Position numbers and translations under genes: made by a program
The notes under the pieces: generated by a model
Told to the model about the DNA's origin: nothing
The model's input: only the letters and a program-made list of their open reading frames with translations
The model's database searches: none
In this document: positions 58,608 through 64,000 of the stretch, one piece after another
Position numbering within the stretch: the first letter of the stretch is position 1
Layout of the letters: each line of letters opens with the position of its first letter
Assembly: GCA_045604405.1 (NCBI GenBank)
Contig: JAZUNZ010000003.1
Location: 20,574 to 84,573 of the forward strand
Source: Clostridia bacterium
Lineage (GTDB): Bacteria; Bacillota; Clostridia; TANB77; CAG-465
Reading direction: 5' to 3'
Length of the DNA stretch: 64,000 bases

Positions 58608-59921
58608 ATGAAATTTAAGATTATATTGTTTACATTAGTGTTTATTACTTGTTTTAGTTTCGTATTTGCAAGCAGCTCTCCAAATATTAATGCAAAATCA
58701 GCAATAGCAATGGATGCTGACAGTTCCATTGTTCTATATAACAAAGATATGGACACACAAATATATCCAGCTAGTACAACAAAAATTCTTACAGCAATAC
58801 TTGCTATAGAAAACTTAAGTTTAGATAAAAATGTAGTTGTGTCTAAAACAGCAATAAGCATTCCTTGGGATAGCTCATCTGTGTATTTACAAGAAGGCGA
58901 AATAATTTCTATAAACGACTTGTTGTATTGTTTGCTTTTAAACTCAGGAAATGACGCGGCAAACGTACTAGCAGAAGCCGTTTCTGGAGATATTGCTACA
59001 TTTGTAGAACTTATGAATGCTAAAGCAAAAGAATTAGGATGCGCAGGAACTCATTTTAATAATGCTCATGGATATTCTGATGACAATCACTATACAACTG
59101 CACTGGATATGGCTAAAATATTTAGTTATTGCATAAAAAATGAAACGTTTACTAAAATAATATCTACAAAGTCTTACATTGTAGATGAAACAAATAAAAC
59201 AAATGAAAAAAGATATTTAAGCAACACAAATCGTTTAATACTTCAAAAGGAAGATAGCATATATGCTAGATATTATGAATATTGTATTGGTGGAAAAACA
59301 GGATATACAGACGAAGCCGGAAGAACCTTAATTACATTTGCCAAAAAAGATAATAAAACAGTTATAGTTGCAGTATTTGGTGCAAGTTCAAGCGGAAGTG
59401 TAGATGTTCGTTATACCGACGCTATAAACTTATTCGAATATTCATTTAATAACTTTTCTAAGAAAACTATAGCCGAATCTCAAGATTATAACTTTAATTA
59501 TATAAACATAGAGAAAGAATTAAATTACACTGTTGGTCTAAAAGAAAATTTCGAAATAATGTATAACAATAATGAAACACCATATTTTTCATATACAATA
59601 AACATTGATGAAAAAAATTTGGAAAACATAGATAAATCAAACTTTAAAGAAGTTCCAACAGGAACAATTACCTTTAGTTTTAGTGATAACAATGGAAACT
59701 TATACTCATCTGATCAAACATTATATCTTAAAGGAATCGAGAAATACCGCATTGTTACAGGCACACAAGTTATAACTACTATGTTTATTGTCCTAGCCGT
59801 TATTCTTATATTAATTTTGATTCTGTTTGTAATTAAAAACAATAATCACAAAGAATTATTCAACAATAATTCTAGAAAGAATAGAAGAAAACACAAACAA
59901 CAAAAAATTAAGAAGTCTTAA
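58608..59921 (+). CDS. serine-type D-Ala-D-Ala carboxypeptidase (S11, DacB/DacF-like) with a C-terminal TM anchor
   Basis: Signal peptide, ASTTKILTA (SxxK), SGND (SxN), KTGYT (KTG). Confidence 0.88.
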   Translation: MKFKIILFTLVFITCFSFVFASSSPNINAKSAIAMDADSSIVLYNKDMDTQIYPASTTKILTAILAIENLSLDKNVVVSKTAISIPWDSSSVYLQEGEIISINDLLYCLLLNSGNDAANVLAEAVSGDIATFVELMNAKAKELGCAGTHFNNAHGYSDDNHYTTALDMAKIFSYCIKNETFTKIISTKSYIVDETNKTNEKRYLSNTNRLILQKEDSIYARYYEYCIGGKTGYTDEAGRTLITFAKKDNKTVIVAVFGASSSGSVDVRYTDAINLFEYSFNNFSKKTIAESQDYNFNYINIEKELNYTVGLKENFEIMYNNNETPYFSYTINIDEKNLENIDKSNFKEVPTGTITFSFSDNNGNLYSSDQTLYLKGIEKYRIVTGTQVITTMFIVLAVILILILILFVIKNNNHKELFNNNSRKNRRKHKQQKIKKS

Positions 59922-59940
59922 GGTTTTTCCTTAAGACTTC
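59912..59940. terminator. bidirectional terminator GAAGTCTTAAGG-ttttt-CCTTAAGACTTC
   Basis: 12-bp perfect stem between convergent dac and tsf. Confidence 0.7.
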
Positions 59941-59947
59941 TTTTAAA

Positions 59948-60592
59948 TTATCCATTAATTTGTTTCATTACTTCTTCAGCAAAGTTTTCTTGTCTCTTTT
60001 CAAGACCTTCGCCTCTTTCAAATCTAACAAATCTTCTTATAACTATATTTTCACCAATAGTTGCTATTTTTTCATTTAAAACTTCTTTAACAGTTTTATC
60101 TGGATCTTTTATAAATGGTTGGTCTAATAAACATATTTCCTCGAAAAATTTGTTTATTCTTCCTTCTACCATTTTTTCAACTACTGCTGCTGGTTTTCCT
60201 TCATTTAAAGCTTGTGCTTTAAGAATTTCTTTTTCAGATTCTACAACATCAGCTGGAACTTCTTCTCTAGATACATATTTAGGATTTGCTGATACAACAT
60301 GCATAGCAACGTCTCTTACAAATGTTCTAAATTCTTCGTTCTTAGCAACAAAGTCTGTTTCAGAATTAACTTCAACTAAAGCTCCATATTTACCATTGTG
60401 AATGTATGCTTCAACTAAACCTTCAGCTGCTATTCTGCTAGCTTTCTTAGCTGCTTTAGCTATTCCTCTTTCACGTAGTAATTCTATCGCTTTGTCTATA
60501 TTTCCATCAGTTTCAACTAAAACTTTTTTGCAGTCCATTATTCCTGCACCTGTTCTGTCTCTTAACTCTTTAACTAATTCTGCTGTTATCAT
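59948..60592 (-). CDS. tsf: elongation factor Ts (short 214-aa form)
   Basis: [24 protein letters not shown] is the UBA-like N-terminus plus core. Confidence 0.95.
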   Translation of the reverse strand: MITAELVKELRDRTGAGIMDCKKVLVETDGNIDKAIELLRERGIAKAAKKASRIAAEGLVEAYIHNGKYGALVEVNSETDFVAKNEEFRTFVRDVAMHVVSANPKYVSREEVPADVVESEKEILKAQALNEGKPAAVVEKMVEGRINKFFEEICLLDQPFIKDPDKTVKEVLNEKIATIGENIVIRRFVRFERGEGLEKRQENFAEEVMKQING

Positions 60593-60595
60593 AAA

Positions 60596-61444
60596 TTATT
60601 CCTCCTTTGTTGTTTTTTCTTCTACTACTTCTTCAGTAGCTTTTCTTGGCTTTCTGTTGTTTGGTCTTGATTGTTTTCTTTCTATTTTGTCTTCGCCCAT
60701 TTCTTTAACTAGTTGTTCCATTGTTTCAACTTCACCATCTAGTTCTAGATCTTCCATAGGTTCTCCGCTCTTACCATGTAAAACAGCGTCTGCCATTTTA
60801 GCTGTTATTAATCTTACAGCTCTTACTGCATCATCATTACCAGGAATTACATAATCTACATCGTTAGGGTTACAATTTGAATCTATTAAACCAATTGTTG
60901 GTATTCCTAATTTTCTTGCTTCCTTAGTACAAATCAACTCTTTTTTAGAGTCTACTAAGAAAATAAGTGATGGAAGTTTTTCCATATTCTTAATACCGCC
61001 AAGGTTTTGATTTAATTTTTCCATTTCAAGTTTTAACTTACTAACTTCTTTCTTTGGAAGCACATCGAATGTTCCATCTGCTTCCATTGTTTCTAATTCA
61101 ACAAGTCTAGCAATTCTTGCTCTTATTGTTTTAAAGTTAGTTAAAGTTCCACCTAACCATCTACTGTTGATGTAGTACATTCCACATCTTTCTGCTTCTT
61201 CTTTGATACATTCTGCTATTTGTTTTTTAGTTCCAACAAATAATACTGTACCACCTTCACTAGCCACTTTGTTAACTAGTTCGTAAGCTTCAACAGCTTT
61301 CTTTAATGTTTTTTGAAGGTCAAGAATGTATATTCCATTTCTTGCTGTGAATATGTATGGAGCCATTCTTGGATCCCATCTTTTTGTTTGGTGTCCGAAG
61401 TGTACACCAGCTTCTAGTAATGCTCTCATAGGTATAATTGACAT
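60596..61444 (-). CDS. rpsB: 30S ribosomal protein S2 (with a charged C-terminal extension)
   Basis: [19 protein letters not shown]... is canonical S2. Confidence 0.97.
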   Translation of the reverse strand: MSIIPMRALLEAGVHFGHQTKRWDPRMAPYIFTARNGIYILDLQKTLKKAVEAYELVNKVASEGGTVLFVGTKKQIAECIKEEAERCGMYYINSRWLGGTLTNFKTIRARIARLVELETMEADGTFDVLPKKEVSKLKLEMEKLNQNLGGIKNMEKLPSLIFLVDSKKELICTKEARKLGIPTIGLIDSNCNPNDVDYVIPGNDDAVRAVRLITAKMADAVLHGKSGEPMEDLELDGEVETMEQLVKEMGEDKIERKQSRPNNRKPRKATEEVVEEKTTKEE

Positions 61445-61555
61445 TTTTCTTCCTCCTTTTTTATTCCTCCACAGACATTTTCATCTACATAACCTCTTTC
61501 GAGGAAAGGCAATAGACTGTGCCTGTGTGTGTATTATCGCACATGCGACATCGTT

Positions 61556-61584
61556 AGTATACCATATTCAAATTGCTTTTTCAA
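61556..61584 (-). promoter_or_regulatory. putative rpsB promoter TTGAAA - 17 - TATACT (TGG extended -10), followed by a structured leader of about 110 nt
   Basis: -35 at 61579-61584, -10 at 61556-61561. The leader contains the CCTC-GAAA-GAGG hairpin, and CACAGAC/GTCTGTG pairing next to the SD. Confidence 0.5.
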
Positions 61585-61602
61585 GTTTTTTTAGTATTTT
61601 TG

Positions 61603-61631
61603 TTGACATATATTAAAATTTGTTGTATAAT
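61603..61631 (+). promoter_or_regulatory. perfect consensus sigma-A promoter TTGACA - 17 - TATAAT, back-to-back with the rpsB promoter
   Basis: -35 at 61603-61608, -10 at 61626-61631, spacer exactly 17 nt. No protein gene lies downstream on the plus strand. Confidence 0.6.
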
Positions 61632-61637
61632 ATCTTC

Positions 61638-62010
61638 ACTGTTTATAGTTTTGTAAACACGCAATTGCATGTTTAGTTATTTGTTTGCTATCACCATGGC
61701 ACTTGTTTTGGTATCCTCCGAAGTCTTTAAGTGTCGTGTTGGTATTAATATATAAAACTCCAGCCCGCCTCCCGTTCTATCTTGTTCATAGGCTCAAACC
61801 ATTTCTAAGTTTTGCCACAAAACTCTCACCTCCTCGTCCTTTATAACGCAAAATTTTCACACTCCGGGCTGGCCGTGTACTAGTTTAATGTTGCTTGTTT
61901 ACAACAGTTTAAAAGTACACAAATAGATGTTCATCCAGAACATCTTCTCATCGCCGGTTGTTCAATAGAGCAACCAACTTAAGAGACCGCTCATTTTTTG
62001 AGCGGTCTTT
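61638..62010 (+). ncRNA. candidate novel structured RNA of about 370 nt (family not recognised)
   Basis: Consensus promoter upstream and an intrinsic terminator with a U-tail on the plus strand. GC is about 38-40% in a roughly 30% background. Many helices: 8-bp CCAGCCCG/CGGGCTGG enclosing about 100 nt, GATGTTC/GAACATC, and a long GTAC..TTTAA..TGTTG hairpin. Two helices contain G-U pairs only if read on the plus strand; one favours the minus strand. Strand call is tentative. Confidence 0.35.
61982..62010. terminator. hairpin AGACCGCTCA-ttttt-TGAGCGGTCT; U-rich tail on the plus strand
   Basis: 10-bp perfect stem. It also lies 22 nt downstream of the minus-strand LCP gene. Confidence 0.7.
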
Positions 62011-62032
62011 CCATTTGAATTATATTGTATGT

Positions 62033-62986
62033 TTATTGTTCATTTTCTTCTATTTTTCTAGTATATATCCAGTCTTCAGATATAATCCTTCTAGCTTCCT
62101 CTTCATCAACTAAAACGCACGACGTTCCATTTACTGTATATGAGATATTTTCTATAGGCATGTTAACTGACGTTATATCTTTAAGATCAATCTCTTTTAT
62201 TTCGGAAATATATTTCATTGCTTCTCTTACAGTTACGTTTGTGTTTGTATTTTCTAGTATAACGTTTGCTACTTGTGGTAATTTTAATATGTTTTTTGCA
62301 GACATCATGTTATCTATTAAAGCTGTCATTACTTTTCTTTGCATCTTTCCTCTAGAAATATCCCCATCAGCATAGTCTCTATTTCTTACTAATATTTCCA
62401 CCTGCTCAGCGTCTAATATTTGTTCGCCCTCTGGAAATGCAAAATACCACTCGCCAGTTTTTTTGTTAAGTCTCCATATTTCCTCATCAAGCGTTATCTT
62501 TAGTCCACCTATTTCGTCTATAATAGCAGGAATCGCATCTAATTTTATTATAGCGTAGTAATCTATTTCAACATCCAAAATATTCTCAACTTCCCAAATA
62601 AATTCCTCAGTATGTTTTCCGCCATAATATATAGAATTTATTTTATATGTTGCTAGTGGATTTTCTGTATATGTGTCTCTTGGAATGGACATCATGTATA
62701 ACTTGTTGTTTACGGTGTCATATTTTGCATAAATTATACTATCAGTTCTTAAGCCGTCTTTATCTACGCCCGCAAACAGCACTGAAACATTTTCCTTTTT
62801 TGGTTCCGTTAAGTAATCATTTTCCAGTATGTTTGAGCCGGCTTGTACATAACCAACGTCCATTATGCTGTTTACTCTGTATAACAAAATCCATAACAAT
62901 ATAGACATAGCCGTTGCCGCAAACGAAAACATTGTTATTTTACTACATAAACTTCTCTTGTTTTTCTTTTTCAAATCTTGTCTCAT
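62033..62986 (-). CDS. LytR-CpsA-Psr (LCP) family protein
   Basis: N-terminal TM, then NVSVLFAGVDKDGLRTDSIIY...MSIPRDTY...NSIY...YYAIIKLDA is the LCP pattern. Confidence 0.85.
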   Translation of the reverse strand: MRQDLKKKNKRSLCSKITMFSFAATAMSILLWILLYRVNSIMDVGYVQAGSNILENDYLTEPKKENVSVLFAGVDKDGLRTDSIIYAKYDTVNNKLYMMSIPRDTYTENPLATYKINSIYYGGKHTEEFIWEVENILDVEIDYYAIIKLDAIPAIIDEIGGLKITLDEEIWRLNKKTGEWYFAFPEGEQILDAEQVEILVRNRDYADGDISRGKMQRKVMTALIDNMMSAKNILKLPQVANVILENTNTNVTVREAMKYISEIKEIDLKDITSVNMPIENISYTVNGTSCVLVDEEEARRIISEDWIYTRKIEENEQ

Positions 62987-62992
62987 CCCCTG

Positions 62993-63607
62993 TTAAATAA
63001 TTTTATTCATTATTAAGTTTGTAAATATATTATGATCATATAGAGCTTTAGTTATTACACTTGTTTGTATAGTATTTATAGCGCTGTTCATAAAAGCAAG
63101 AGATGAAATACTCTTTATTACGGCTAAAATAATACTAATTTCTATTATAAACAAAATAGCCGATGTAATAACTCCGCCCAATTTGTTAAAGGCTTTAAGA
63201 ACAGGTAGCTCAAATATGCTTTCCAAAATCTTTTGAGCTATCCACAAAACAATTCTTGCGATTATGAAGACAGCTACAAACCCAATACCCGTAAATACAT
63301 ACTCTGTGATTTTGCCAACAATATCTATTTCATTTTCAAGACTTAACTGTTCTTGTATCATAGATATAACTGTATTTTCTTCTAGGCTGTTTAGCTTGCC
63401 TAATACATTATTCTCAATACTTGTGGTTATATTCATTCCCCAGCTAGTATTCGCTATATATCCACCCACCGTACCTGCTAGAAGATATGCAAGCACAAAA
63501 GCCAGTACCAAGGACACTAGTTTTGCAACAATTCCAATACAGCCTTTTTTGTAACCATATAACATCATAAATATAAATAATACTATTAAAATAATATCTA
63601 AAATCAT
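62993..63607 (-). CDS. CvpA family membrane protein
   Basis: MILDIILIVLFIFMMLYGYKKGCI... with 4 TM helices, typical of CvpA. Confidence 0.75.
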   Translation of the reverse strand: MILDIILIVLFIFMMLYGYKKGCIGIVAKLVSLVLAFVLAYLLAGTVGGYIANTSWGMNITTSIENNVLGKLNSLEENTVISMIQEQLSLENEIDIVGKITEYVFTGIGFVAVFIIARIVLWIAQKILESIFELPVLKAFNKLGGVITSAILFIIEISIILAVIKSISSLAFMNSAINTIQTSVITKALYDHNIFTNLIMNKII

Positions 63608-63628
63608 ATATACCTCTTTACTTTTGTA

Positions 63629-64000
63629 TTAAATAGTAAACATTATTAACTTATTTGATATACACATAGCCAAGCTTCTTCCGTTATTAAATATAACTGG
63701 TTCTGTAATTACCATGTTGCTATCATATTTTTTTATTTTCATGCCAAAATTATTATATGCTTCTATCTTTTTAGCATAGCATACATAAGCTATTCCATTT
63801 TCATATTTAAAATACTTTGGAACATCATCTATATTCACTGTTTTAACCTTTTCCGAATTCATTTTAGCAATACATAGTATATAGTTTCCAGTCCCATCCA
63901 ACTTAGTATAAGCATACTTTTTGTTATAATCCGCTATATTTACTATCTGTCCTGCTTCTACTTCAACCATTTCTTTTTTATCCAAAGCAGTATCGTAAAT
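63629..64000 (-). CDS. hypothetical protein, C-terminal part only (the frame stays open to the window edge)
   Basis: The frame upstream of the track ATG (63985) continues without a stop to position 64000, so the N-terminus is probably outside the window. Confidence 0.4.
   Translation of the reverse strand: MYDTALDKKEMVEVEAGQIVNIADYNKKYAYTKLDGTGNYILCIAKMNSEKVKTVNIDDVPKYFKYENGIAYVCYAKKIEAYNNFGMKIKKYDSNMVITEPVIFNNGRSLAMCISNKLIMFTI

Noticed and set aside
58589-58861. Minus-strand 90-aa ORF overlapping the 5' end of the D-Ala-D-Ala carboxypeptidase gene
   Set aside because: It is antisense to a gene with clear SxxK/SxN/KTG motifs and has no SD. It is a shadow ORF.
61780-61850. Tiny ORFs (8-10 codons) behind the strong AGGAGGTGA on the minus strand of the intergenic region
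   Set aside because: Too short, with no conservation evidence available. The SD-like string is equally well explained as the complement of an anti-SD-like motif in a plus-strand RNA.
61638-62010. Assigning the intergenic RNA to tmRNA, RNase P RNA, SRP/scRNA or the glmS ribozyme
   Set aside because: Hallmark sequences of each are missing: the tRNA-like ends, GAGGAAAGUCC, and the domain IV GGAAGCAGCC. A GACGAGGA string on the minus strand resembles glmS, but the rest of the core and a glmS gene are absent. It is left as unassigned.
1-64000. tRNA, rRNA, CRISPR arrays, prophage structural genes
   Set aside because: I scanned for T-arm-like GGTTCGAATCC motifs, long GC-rich RNA blocks and spaced direct repeats. 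None were found. The only GTTCGAAT string (near 1915) has no flanking acceptor or T stems.

Overview
A 64-kb chromosomal segment of a very AT-rich (about 30% GC), endospore-forming Firmicute of the Clostridia type. PolC, the gerA/gerC/gerB germination operon, an alpha/beta SASP, spoIIAA-spoIIAB, ytfJ and an SLH-anchored surface protein support this assignment. About 85% of the genes lie on the minus strand.

Most of the window is housekeeping backbone: rpmG-secE-nusG-rplK-rplA, secA, tyrS, recA-recX-scpA, rpsU, two pseudouridine synthases, and rpsB-tsf ... frr-cdsA-rseP-polC. I added short genes missing from the ORF track (rpmG, rpsU and a window-edge transposase) and corrected several start codons using RBS positions.

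Six regions are not ordinary backbone:
1. 1-4430: a mobile/defence islet. It holds an ISLre2-family transposase, a 102-aa orphan, a promoter-plus-two-terminator structured RNA region, an Abi_2 (AbiD/F-like) abortive-infection gene and an HTH gene, and it abuts a 5'-truncated M14 peptidase gene.
2. 45639-49282: an uncharacterised five-ORF operon divergent from an XRE regulator. One product carries an LF/ATLF-like HExxH motif. Another has an N-terminus that I read as a possible H-Y-E ADP-ribosyltransferase fold. This is my best candidate for an undescribed toxin/defence-type system.
3. 61603-62010: a roughly 370-nt GC-elevated, highly structured intergenic transcript candidate with a perfect consensus promoter, an intrinsic terminator and a 9-nt copy of the 16S anti-Shine-Dalgarno tail.
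4. 40342-41937: a GC-atypical (about 42%) polytopic membrane protein gene with five 36-bp tandem repeats.
5. spoIIAA-spoIIAB without sigF.
6. Conserved gene strings that lack pyrH, uppS, dxr, proS/ispG, tuf and rplJL.

I saw no rRNA, tRNA or CRISPR array. All functional calls come from reading the translations and motifs from memory; no searches were run.
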